Origin: Clostridiales bacterium
Lineage (GTDB): Bacteria > Bacillota > Clostridia > Caldicoprobacterales > UBA3941
Direction: 5' to 3'
Assembly (NCBI GenBank): GCA_012735575.1
Contig: JAAYGY010000054.1
Location: 3,109-67,108 of the forward strand
Length of the DNA stretch: 64,000 nt
Shown: positions 18,740-27,658 of the stretch, piece after piece
Position numbering within the stretch: the stretch's first letter is position 1
Layout of the letters: every line of letters begins with the position of its first letter
The notes under the pieces: model-generated
The model's database searches: none
What the model saw: only the letters and a program-made list of their open reading frames with translations
Told to the model about the DNA's origin: nothing
Made by a program: the position numbers and the translations under genes

Positions 18740-19443
18740 AATCCTTTTTCCTCCCTGTCTACTATTCGTCCATCTTCAATACAAATAATGCGATCTGCCT
18801 TTGCTGCCTTTTCCATATCATGGGTTACCATTAGAATTGTAGTTCCATTTTTTATCGATATATCCCTTAATATATCCGTTATCTGATCTGCATTTTTTGA
18901 ATCAAGGTTTCCCGTAGGTTCATCCGCAAAAAGTATATCAGGATTACCTATTATAGCACGTGCGATAGAAACTCTTTGCTGCTGCCCTCCTGATAATTCC
19001 CTGGGTTTGTGATGCAAATGCTTTTCAAGGCCGAATAAGGTTAGGAGCTGCTTTGCTCTTTCCATCCTTTCCTGTCTTCCTACGCCCTGTGCCATTAAGG
19101 GTAAAGCTACATTTTCTTGTGCTGTCAGCATGTCAAAAAGATTAAAGGATTGAAATACAAAACCAATATGCTTAAGCCTGAAACCAACCAGCTGTTTTTC
19201 ACTCATCCTATGAATACTCCTACCCTTTATAATAATACGCCCGGTACTGGGAGGCTCAAGACCTGCTAGAAGTGAAAGCAAAGTAGACTTTCCGCTGCCT
19301 GATGTGCCAACTATGGCAACAAACTCACCAGGCATAATATCTAAATCCACTGATGTCAACGCCTTTAGTGGGATTTTTCTAGTCCTGTATATTTTGGTTA
19401 AGTTCCGTACGACTATTATGGGTTCTAATTTTTTGCTATCCAC
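18736..19443 (-). CDS. MacB/LolD-type ABC transporter ATP-binding protein
   Basis: Walker A GTSGSGKST, signature LSGGQQQRVSIARA and Walker B ILFADEPTGNLD. The GTG start overlaps the upstream stop (TAGTG). Confidence 0.9.
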   Translation of the reverse strand: MDSKKLEPIIVVRNLTKIYRTRKIPLKALTSVDLDIMPGEFVAIVGTSGSGKSTLLSLLAGLEPPSTGRIIIKGRSIHRMSEKQLVGFRLKHIGFVFQSFNLFDMLTAQENVALPLMAQGVGRQERMERAKQLLTLFGLEKHLHHKPRELSGGQQQRVSIARAIIGNPDILFADEPTGNLDSKNADQITDILRDISIKNGTTILMVTHDMEKAAKADRIICIEDGRIVDREEKGL

Positions 19444-20099
19444 TATCTCACCACCGTCAATCTTCCTCTGTCCATCTCACAAACGCTATCGCATAGCTCT
19501 TCAATATCAGCCGGGTTATGGCTTGCAAGCAATATGGTTTTACCCTGATCTTTAAGCTCTTTTATAAGCTGTCGCATCTGGAACACTCCATGTTTATCCA
19601 GACCATTAAAAGGCTCATCCAAAATTAATATTCTAGGATCTTCCATTATTGCCTGAGCAATGCCTAAACGCTGGCGCATGCCTAGAGAATATTTGGCTAC
19701 AGGCTTTTTCATATGGGGATCAAGTCCCACCCGTCGTATAGCATCAGTAATTTCCTTACTGGTTATTTTCCGCTTAAGAGAGGCCAGAATTTGAAGATTC
19801 TTCATACCTGTGGCATAGGGCAAAAAACCAGGGGTTTCAATGATTATTCCCATATCTTCAGGAAAATCCACATCCTTGCCCACCTGCTGATAATCTACCA
19901 GTATCCTTCCCTTTGTAGGACGGAGAAAGCCACATATGCATTTGAATAGCACCGTCTTTCCACTGCCATTGTTACCCACTATGCCATGGATTTTTCCCTC
20001 TTCAAAATTATGATTGACATCATGTAATACTTCCTCATCTCCAAAGGATTTATATACATGCTGCAGACTAATGGCTATATCTCTCTTATTTTTATCCAT
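19443..20099 (-). CDS. ABC-2-type ABC transporter ATP-binding protein
   Basis: Walker A GNNGSGKTV, signature YSLGMRQRLGIAQA and Walker B ILILDEPFNGLD. The start overlaps the upstream stop (TAATG). Confidence 0.9.
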   Translation of the reverse strand: MDKNKRDIAISLQHVYKSFGDEEVLHDVNHNFEEGKIHGIVGNNGSGKTVLFKCICGFLRPTKGRILVDYQQVGKDVDFPEDMGIIIETPGFLPYATGMKNLQILASLKRKITSKEITDAIRRVGLDPHMKKPVAKYSLGMRQRLGIAQAIMEDPRILILDEPFNGLDKHGVFQMRQLIKELKDQGKTILLASHNPADIEELCDSVCEMDRGRLTVVR

Positions 20100-20995
20100 T
20101 AGTTTAGTCCCCCTGAAAAGTTAAAATTGTATTTTCTTATGGACAATAAGGCTAATAAAAGACACATGGATATTAATACAACATATATAAAATAAGTTTG
20201 CCATAATTTAGGTAATAGATCATAACCAAAATTATGCATATGATATGTTGCATGCTGAAGGGGTGACGCCCATCCCGTGACTACATTGGCTATATATAAT
20301 TGATCTTGGCTAAGTTTTAGTATCTCCTTAAACAACTGGGGATTTAATAGAAAACCATATAAGTTAAAAATAAAAACGCTTAATATCCCCCAAAAATGGC
20401 CTTTTCTTAGATTCATGACAAACATTATAAGCACACATAATAGAGTATATAATAGCATCAATAAAAAAATGGTAACCATACATTCATATGGGGTGGACAT
20501 CTCCATAGTCTTTACGGAACTAGGAAGAGCTACAACCTGTCCGGCTCCTGAATAACCTAGTATAGCAGCCGTTTCTGACCACATATTACCCACATAGGCA
20601 TTTTTAGCACATATTACAATGGTTGATACTAATATAAAAACCATGTATATAAAAACTGCTAGACATATATAAAGAATCTGTCCCATCAGCCATTTTAATC
20701 TACTGGTACGCATAAGAAAATAAGGGACTCCGGCATCCAGGAATGGCATATCAGAGAATAGGAGAATAAGTAACAATGAAGCTAGAAGTATGGAGTTGCT
20801 GTCACCGAATGTCCATACAAAGGGTTCTATAACCTGTATAATGGTATTATATTCGTAGCTAAACCGGATAGCATTATCCGTCAAAAGAAAGCATAATACA
20901 AAGGCTAGACCAAAGGTGATTATTATACGAGGATTTTTTCTCCATCTTCGAAAGTTGTACCAGCATATCTCCCAAATCTGATATAGTCCCAGCAT
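20099..20995 (-). CDS. Polytopic membrane protein, putative ABC-2 permease subunit
   Basis: 298 aa with ~6-7 hydrophobic segments. It is translationally coupled on both sides (TAATG overlaps). I recognise no motif. Confidence 0.65.
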   Translation of the reverse strand: MLGLYQIWEICWYNFRRWRKNPRIIITFGLAFVLCFLLTDNAIRFSYEYNTIIQVIEPFVWTFGDSNSILLASLLLILLFSDMPFLDAGVPYFLMRTSRLKWLMGQILYICLAVFIYMVFILVSTIVICAKNAYVGNMWSETAAILGYSGAGQVVALPSSVKTMEMSTPYECMVTIFLLMLLYTLLCVLIMFVMNLRKGHFWGILSVFIFNLYGFLLNPQLFKEILKLSQDQLYIANVVTGWASPLQHATYHMHNFGYDLLPKLWQTYFIYVVLISMCLLLALLSIRKYNFNFSGGLN

Positions 20996-21744
20996 TAGCC
21001 ATCAATCCTTCCCTCTATTATGACATCGTTTATCAGCATTACTATTATGTTAAGTAGAATAAGCAGCAGTATAATCCCCCAATCTCCACCAATCCAAAAT
21101 TCCTTAGGTGCTAACCATTCCTTGGGATTGATAACATATATACCGTGGAAATAGCGTTCTGACAGGAAAACCAGCACATAATAAATAACAAAAGGAGCCG
21201 CATAAGCCATATATTTGCTCAAAGTTACATTGGCAAGGAGAGAGCCTAGGGAAGCCCATAAAGACCCGCACAAAAAATACACTAGGGTTTTCCTTACTAG
21301 AACATTTAAGGGAGATATAGCCGTGGGATCAGCAACTTCCAAGGGACTGTACACCAGATATGCAATAAAGTATGATAGCAATACGCCTGTTGCCAGGGAT
21401 AGGCCTCCCGATATACCAGCACCAAGAACTTTACCCTTTATATAAGCCCTTTTGTCACACTTTATAAGATAAGGCATTATAAACCCGCTACTGTATTCTT
21501 CCAGGAAGGCCACTGTATAGGGCAATGTACAAAGGATGGGAACAACCATAAGGACAATGTCTGATGACAGGGCCTTAAATATTAGCTGACCATGATAATA
21601 GGAGCTTAAACCAATATCAATATCCCCGGGAAAAATCAGCTCTCTCCCTGCACCTATAGCTATTACTATAACCATAGCAGTACAAGTTAAAAAAAAGGGT
21701 AAGTTATATATGGCTCTTTTTAAATCCACTTTTATTTCATTCAC
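20995..21744 (-). CDS. Polytopic membrane protein, putative ABC-2 permease subunit
   Basis: 249 aa with ~6 hydrophobic segments. It is the first gene after the BlaR1-like gene, with a 100-nt gap in which I see no obvious terminator. Confidence 0.65.
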   Translation of the reverse strand: MNEIKVDLKRAIYNLPFFLTCTAMVIVIAIGAGRELIFPGDIDIGLSSYYHGQLIFKALSSDIVLMVVPILCTLPYTVAFLEEYSSGFIMPYLIKCDKRAYIKGKVLGAGISGGLSLATGVLLSYFIAYLVYSPLEVADPTAISPLNVLVRKTLVYFLCGSLWASLGSLLANVTLSKYMAYAAPFVIYYVLVFLSERYFHGIYVINPKEWLAPKEFWIGGDWGIILLLILLNIIVMLINDVIIEGRIDG

Positions 21745-21844
21745 TATACTTTTAGTCCTTTCACGTCCATATAAGTTTCCCTATAATCTCGCCTATATCT
21801 CGCCAGTTCAACAAGCTAGTTCTATTAAGTATCAAATCTTTTCA

Positions 21845-24505
21845 TTAATACCCCTTAGATATATCAATAATGCTGCCGTCAATGGCGTTAATAACCACAT
21901 AAGGGTATAGACTATCTGGAGCGGTCACCTGTGAATTACCATCATTATCTTTATAATTAAGATTTTCATAGCCTAAAAAAGTCCATGCAGGCACCATACG
22001 GTAAGCTCCAGGCCGATCCTTGATTCGTATACGCATCAGCCCAAGACATATATCGGTAATATTTATCTCCCCTGAGTCTATATCATCAGAGCTACCGAGC
22101 AATTTGCTTATTGTATATTCCATCTTTACCTGCTTTTTGAATATTTCTATCGCCTCTTCTAAAGTAATTACAGGTACATTGCTGTTTTCCACCTGTACTT
22201 GTTCCATGGGAGAATCCCAGTACAGACTAGTTATTACATCATTTTGCACAGTTACCCTCAGTTGTTCATAGGGGTAAGTATGCGCATACTGATCACTGGC
22301 GCTACTATCTAAACTGCTAAATGGAGCTACATCATGGGCTGCAATTCCTTCATATGAAGGAACAAAAGTCATTCTATACCCATAGACTTCATCTTCATTT
22401 TTATCAATGAAATTTTTATCTAGATTCCCTTCTATATCTACAACTTCATTAATTCCATCTTCTTTTAGTATATCTGATGATGCACTACTAAAATCAGATA
22501 TCATCATACCTGGTAAGGGCTTACCTAAAGTATAACAGTCTGATAGCACCATATTGGTTATACCCATTTGAGCTAGAGTGTCCTGAACCATATCAATGGT
22601 CTCCTCTAGGGTCAATTTTGCAGGTCTGGAATCAAGAGAATCCCAGGTAGGTATACTTCCCTCATTGCCTATAAAACTGGATCCCATAGAAAAATGAGCA
22701 TAGTGGTAGATGTTTTTTGTGGTATCCTGATTAAATACGGTAATCCTTGCATTATAATCAAGCACTTTTGAATCAAGAATTATCATATCTGAATCATAAT
22801 AGTATTTTTGTAACTCCCTTGACTCTTCATCATCCTCATTAAATTCATTTCCCAATATGGCCATATTTTCATAATATGCTCTAGGTCTAAATGTCCAATC
22901 GGTTTCTTTTACCTCAATTGTATTTGGAGCATCCTGATATATATTTTCAAATTCTTCAATGCGCTTTTCAAATTCTGCCTTAACCATCTCAGCGATAGCC
23001 TGGTCTCCACCATAGTATTCCAGTATAGCCTGCTCGTTGCTAATAAACTGCTTGTGCTTTATAATCTCCTCCTCTAGATCTGCCTTACTAAAGCCTACTT
23101 TAGGTTCATAGGCAATGCTGCCTTGAAACAATACTTCTGCCATAGCTTTAACCTGATCCATGTCAATATAGCGAGGCTTAACCTCTACTACAGGCATATT
23201 ACCGGTGGGTAGTGTAACCTCTGCATTAATATTAATAGTTACTCTTTCATCTGCACCTTGGAAAGATTCACTATACTCTGAAAAATCAACCTGCCTGTTT
23301 TGATTAGCGTTGCTTCCCTCAGAATCTGCTTTTGATTGAATAATTTTCTCCAACTTGCCATCGCTCTTGCCTATGACAACAGGTCCTTCCGGTGTAGGCT
23401 GACAGGCTGTGGTAAAGCATACAATACCTATTATCCCTACTAGTAAAAGGGATATGGTCTTTACTGACATTCTGGTTTTATTGGGCTTAAACAAACCCCT
23501 AATTCGTTTTTCCGCCGCAATACGCCCTTTGCCAGCTCCCATAGCTAATCCGCTAAATGCAAAGGGATTATTAGTATTAAATAGACTAATTAAAGTTTGA
23601 GCATAGGCTCTTCGACTTTCAACACCAATTTTTTCAATTACCTCTGCATCGCAAGCTGTTTCCATATCATCAATTATCAAAGAGTTTGCAATGTGAACAA
23701 TAGGGTTAAACCAATATACAACTTTTAATATGGTTAGCAAAAATCTGACAAGATGATCTCTTCGTTTGTAGTGGCTTAACTCATGTAAAAAAATAAATTC
23801 CAGTTCCTTGTCAGTACGGTCTTTTATTAGTCTTGTTGGCAGCAGTATAAGAGGACGAAACCAAGCCGTAAGTGCAGGAGTCTTTATTATATCCTGAAAT
23901 ACCAGGGGGATATCCTTTTTTATTCCAAGCCTTTCTTTGCATTGGGATAATATGTTATAAGCCCTACTATCCCAAAGGCCTTCACTTTTCTTTCTAATAG
24001 AGTAAATACCTCCATAACCCCTTATTACACGACTTAAAGCGACTAATACTCCCAACACCCATATCCTAAGTAGAATAGTCTTTACATTTATCTTAATAAT
24101 TTTTTCTCTTGGTTTAGAGTCAAAATTCCTCTCATTATTTCCCAATTCCTTCACATCAAGCCTGGTTTCTTTTATGGGATAACTTAATTTTGTCTTGTTT
24201 AAATCTGTAAATATACCATTATCATAGGCACTAGCCCTTGTACCATTAGATATATGGTCTTTAGATTCAATATGTTCTACTGTTTTGTTAAATGCTTCAT
24301 GAGATAGAGGGAGAATATTAAAAAATGAATACCCTATTTTAATGTTTACTGGTATCAACAGGCGTATAATCAGCAGAAACCATATAGCATACTGAAATCT
24401 GGCAGACATTCGTGAACCTAAAGCTCTTTTGATTAGAAGAATCACTGCAAAAACCAAACTAGCTGATATATTTGCCCAAATTAGATCTACTATAAAAGTA
24501 TTCAT
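21845..24505 (-). CDS. BlaR1/MecR1-like M56 sensor metalloprotease with an unrecognised ~515-aa extracellular C-terminal domain (paralog A)
   Basis: N-terminal TM helices. The zinc motif FLHELSHYKRRDH (HExxH, aa 241-245) is followed by WFNP, as in peptidase M56. A TM helix at aa 347-366 ends in FTTAC. Then comes a large hydrophilic domain ending ...GAYRMVPAWTFLG...VINAIDGSIIDISKGY. The gene overlaps blaI-like A by 4 nt. Confidence 0.85.
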   Translation of the reverse strand: MNTFIVDLIWANISASLVFAVILLIKRALGSRMSARFQYAIWFLLIIRLLIPVNIKIGYSFFNILPLSHEAFNKTVEHIESKDHISNGTRASAYDNGIFTDLNKTKLSYPIKETRLDVKELGNNERNFDSKPREKIIKINVKTILLRIWVLGVLVALSRVIRGYGGIYSIRKKSEGLWDSRAYNILSQCKERLGIKKDIPLVFQDIIKTPALTAWFRPLILLPTRLIKDRTDKELEFIFLHELSHYKRRDHLVRFLLTILKVVYWFNPIVHIANSLIIDDMETACDAEVIEKIGVESRRAYAQTLISLFNTNNPFAFSGLAMGAGKGRIAAEKRIRGLFKPNKTRMSVKTISLLLVGIIGIVCFTTACQPTPEGPVVIGKSDGKLEKIIQSKADSEGSNANQNRQVDFSEYSESFQGADERVTININAEVTLPTGNMPVVEVKPRYIDMDQVKAMAEVLFQGSIAYEPKVGFSKADLEEEIIKHKQFISNEQAILEYYGGDQAIAEMVKAEFEKRIEEFENIYQDAPNTIEVKETDWTFRPRAYYENMAILGNEFNEDDEESRELQKYYYDSDMIILDSKVLDYNARITVFNQDTTKNIYHYAHFSMGSSFIGNEGSIPTWDSLDSRPAKLTLEETIDMVQDTLAQMGITNMVLSDCYTLGKPLPGMMISDFSSASSDILKEDGINEVVDIEGNLDKNFIDKNEDEVYGYRMTFVPSYEGIAAHDVAPFSSLDSSASDQYAHTYPYEQLRVTVQNDVITSLYWDSPMEQVQVENSNVPVITLEEAIEIFKKQVKMEYTISKLLGSSDDIDSGEINITDICLGLMRIRIKDRPGAYRMVPAWTFLGYENLNYKDNDGNSQVTAPDSLYPYVVINAIDGSIIDISKGY

Positions 24506-24882
24506 TTTTCATTCTCCTTATCAGCAAGCTCATCAAAGAGTTCTTTTAGTTCCTGCATATCTTCTGAGGATAAGCTGCTTTCCTTAATCATGCATACTAA
24601 TAGATCTTTTAAGCCTGATCCGGATATTCGATCTAGTATGCTTTCACTTTCTGCACGTATGCATTTATTTCGATCAATAGCTGGATAATAGAATTTATCC
24701 CGGCCCAGCATTTCATAACGGGCAACGCCCTTATCACATAGTCGTTTTAAGTAAGTAGAATAGGTAGTATATTTCCAGTCCAGCTGATCTCCAACGGCCT
24801 CTATAACACCTGACAAGGTAAGGGGAGATTTCTCCCATAGAGTATTCATCAATATCCACTCAGGCTTTGTTAAGGTTATCAT
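24502..24882 (-). CDS. BlaI/MecI/CopY-family winged-helix repressor (paralog A)
   Basis: 126 aa. LTKPEWILMNTLWEKSPLTLSGVIEAV...WKYTTYSTYLKRLCDKGVARYEMLGRDKFYYP is typical of the Penicillinase_R family. GAAGGAGGAAG RBS. Confidence 0.85.
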   Translation of the reverse strand: MITLTKPEWILMNTLWEKSPLTLSGVIEAVGDQLDWKYTTYSTYLKRLCDKGVARYEMLGRDKFYYPAIDRNKCIRAESESILDRISGSGLKDLLVCMIKESSLSSEDMQELKELFDELADKENEK

Positions 24883-24907
24883 TGTCTTCCTCCTTCTTGA
24901 TTAAAGA

Positions 24908-24944
24908 GTTGTAAAAGCTATGACTTAGTCATAGCTTTTACAAC
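24908..24944. promoter_or_regulatory. Perfect 17-bp-arm palindrome upstream of blaI-like A (candidate operator and/or inter-module terminator)
   Basis: GTTGTAAAAGCTATGAC-TTA-GTCATAGCTTTTACAAC, 25 nt upstream of the blaI-A start and 62 nt downstream of the blaR-B stop. It contains outward TGTAA/TTACA elements. A TTGACA -35-like hexamer on the minus strand lies at 24997-24992. Confidence 0.55.
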
Positions 24945-25005
24945 TGACTATTAAGTCTTGTTACTTATGTTGTAGTATCTGCCCTCAACCTTGTCAAGCA
25001 CTTTT

Positions 25006-27657
25006 TTAGTAACCTTTATTTCCATCTATAATACTTCCATCTATAGCATTAATTATGGCATAAGTATTGATAGACTTATCTCCCCCAGGACCTGGTACTG
25101 GTGATAGATAACCTTTGTTCAATATGTCCAGATTCTCACCGACCAGCTTTTCAGTTCCTTCAAATATCCATACTGGTACCATACGATAAGCACCAGGTCG
25201 GTCCTTGATAAGCAAACGCATCAGACATAGGCGTATATTTGTTATATTGATTTCACCTGATTGGATGTTCTTAATGACTTCATTGTAATCATTATGCTTG
25301 GGGTCATACCGGGACAGCTTACCAATGTTATACTCTAGCTGCATCTGTTTTTTGAATATGGCTACCGCTTCTTCAAGATCAATGACGTCTACATTATCAC
25401 TTTCAACATCCACAATCTCCATAGGTGAACTCCAGCTAAAGTAGGTAATCATGTGGTTATTGACATTCACATTCAGGCTTTCATGAGGATAGATATGGAT
25501 AAACTGATCATCATGGCTGCCTAGAGTAAATCTTTCCATATTATAAATAGCAACTCCTCCATATGTGGGAACAAAGGTTAAGGAATAGGTGTATACATCC
25601 TCCCCTTCGGCAGGTTCTGGTATATTTGGCCTCTTTCCTCCTCCGGCAGCCATGCTAAGAGCTGCTTTGGAATTTTCAGGAATAGGTGTGTAATAATCCT
25701 TGTAATGACCGTAAGCTCTAATGCTATCCAATCTCATGTTCCTTATTCCCATCTCTATAAGGGCATTTTCTACCATATCAATGACCTGGTCTTTTGTCAT
25801 CTTCATGGGGCGTGAATCAGCAGGGTCCCAGGTTGCAAAATTTACATCATGCATTCTAGATCCCATATCAAAGGCTACTCCATGAGAATGGTAGTTACCT
25901 TTTTCATGATTATAGGCCTGTATCATAGCATGATAATCGTCAATCCTAGTTACGGCAATAAAGGTTTCTGCATCATATAACTGCTCAGCTGTAATATCCT
26001 CTTCTGGGCGTACACTGGCATCAGCCTCCACCTTATCCATATAATATAACTGTGGATGAAAATTCCAATCTGTTTCTTTAAGAGTCACTTTCTCAGGCGC
26101 GATAGAATACATTTCCTCATACCTTGCAATACGTTGCTGGTAATCAGCTTTTATTTCCTCCACAGCCTCATTATTCCCCCCATATCCTTCCAGTAAGGCT
26201 GCCTCATTGCTCATTTCTTTTTTAAGCTTTATAATCTTATCTTCCAACTGGGATTTGGTCATAGCTATTTGAGGTTCATAGGCAACATTTCCACGAAACA
26301 ATACCTTAGTAATATCTTTAATCTGATCCATAGGTATGTTGTATGGTTTAACCTCAACTACCGGTACATCTCCTTCAGGCACAATTACTTCTGCATCTAT
26401 GTTAACAGTAACCTTCTTATCTGCGCCAGCAAAAGAGTCTGTATACCTTTCTACCAAAGAAGTCTTGTCTTTTCTTTCTTTACCTTCTTTACTGGATCTT
26501 ATTGCTTCCTCCAGTTTACTGCCGTCCTTGCCGATAACTATAGGACTGTCGGGAGTTTTCTGACAAGCGGTAGTAAACCCCATAACTAACATCAAAGTTG
26601 CTAGAAATATGGATATACAAGTCAAAGTTTTGGAATTTTTTTCGAGCTTTACGATCCGTACAATCCTCTTCTTCAGTCTGGACTTATTCCTATACAGGGA
26701 GGTAGTAATAGATGGAATGGGTATGCTTGTATTTTTTGAAATGCGAACAGCCTCTATCAGTGACTGGCCGTATATTAATGGATCACATTTACTTAGATGT
26801 TTTACCACCATTTGATCACAGTAAAGTTCAACATCTTCCTGATACAGGCTATATGCTATCCATACCAATGGATTAAACCAGTGAATAGCCTTTGCCAGTA
26901 ACCAGATATAGTTAATAAGTATATCGTGCCTCTTTATATGATAAACCTCGTGAAATAGAATACTGTTTAAAATGTCCCTGTTCATGTTTTCAATAAAAGA
27001 TGCTGGTAAAAGAATGTTTGGTTTAAAATATCCAAATACAACAGGTGTCTTTACAAAATCACACTCTATTAGTGGAATATACTTTTTTATTCCAACACTT
27101 GCCATATGGTCTTCTTTCATCTGTATTATATTTTTATGGGTAATTGGTTTACAAAACCTAAGCCTGCGCCTAAACGATATTGCTTTCCTTATAGTAGCTA
27201 ATAAAATAGATATGGTACCTGTAATCCATATAAATGAAACAATCATCCATAGGGAAAAATTGTCTTTTTTTGCTCCTTGATTGACTTCTTTCAATAAAGG
27301 TTTCCCTTCATGTGAAGAAGGCAAAAGGTTTTTATGGTTATCAGTTTGACTGACCTGTCTATAAACCGATATATTCCTATTAATCATATTGGTAGAATCT
27401 AAATATAATTCATTAGTATTAGCCAGATCAGTTGCTGACGGTTCCAAAGTAGATGTCCCAGGTAATAATTCATATATTTGTACAGGGCTATATACGGTGA
27501 AAGGCAGACATAGGCGCAATAATACCATTCCCCAAAGAATTAGCATAATTGCTGGGCTAATTCTCTTTGCCATGCTCCTTCTAATTATTATGGCTACAAC
27601 TATCATCAAAGATGCCATAAGGGAAATATGAAATAATACTTTTAATAGGGCAGGCAT
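25006..27657 (-). CDS. BlaR1/MecR1-like M56 sensor metalloprotease with the same unrecognised extracellular domain (paralog B)
   Basis: Zinc motif LFHEVYHIKRHD (HExxH, aa 236-240) followed by WFNP. A TM helix at aa 343-363 ends in FTTAC. The C-terminal domain is colinear with paralog A, for example VTVNIDAEVIVPEGDVPVVEVKP, LKETDWNFHP and GEINITNIRLCLMRLLIKDRPGAYRMVPVW. Confidence 0.85.
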   Translation of the reverse strand: MPALLKVLFHISLMASLMIVVAIIIRRSMAKRISPAIMLILWGMVLLRLCLPFTVYSPVQIYELLPGTSTLEPSATDLANTNELYLDSTNMINRNISVYRQVSQTDNHKNLLPSSHEGKPLLKEVNQGAKKDNFSLWMIVSFIWITGTISILLATIRKAISFRRRLRFCKPITHKNIIQMKEDHMASVGIKKYIPLIECDFVKTPVVFGYFKPNILLPASFIENMNRDILNSILFHEVYHIKRHDILINYIWLLAKAIHWFNPLVWIAYSLYQEDVELYCDQMVVKHLSKCDPLIYGQSLIEAVRISKNTSIPIPSITTSLYRNKSRLKKRIVRIVKLEKNSKTLTCISIFLATLMLVMGFTTACQKTPDSPIVIGKDGSKLEEAIRSSKEGKERKDKTSLVERYTDSFAGADKKVTVNIDAEVIVPEGDVPVVEVKPYNIPMDQIKDITKVLFRGNVAYEPQIAMTKSQLEDKIIKLKKEMSNEAALLEGYGGNNEAVEEIKADYQQRIARYEEMYSIAPEKVTLKETDWNFHPQLYYMDKVEADASVRPEEDITAEQLYDAETFIAVTRIDDYHAMIQAYNHEKGNYHSHGVAFDMGSRMHDVNFATWDPADSRPMKMTKDQVIDMVENALIEMGIRNMRLDSIRAYGHYKDYYTPIPENSKAALSMAAGGGKRPNIPEPAEGEDVYTYSLTFVPTYGGVAIYNMERFTLGSHDDQFIHIYPHESLNVNVNNHMITYFSWSSPMEIVDVESDNVDVIDLEEAVAIFKKQMQLEYNIGKLSRYDPKHNDYNEVIKNIQSGEINITNIRLCLMRLLIKDRPGAYRMVPVWIFEGTEKLVGENLDILNKGYLSPVPGPGGDKSINTYAIINAIDGSIIDGNKGY

Positions 27658-27658
27658 T

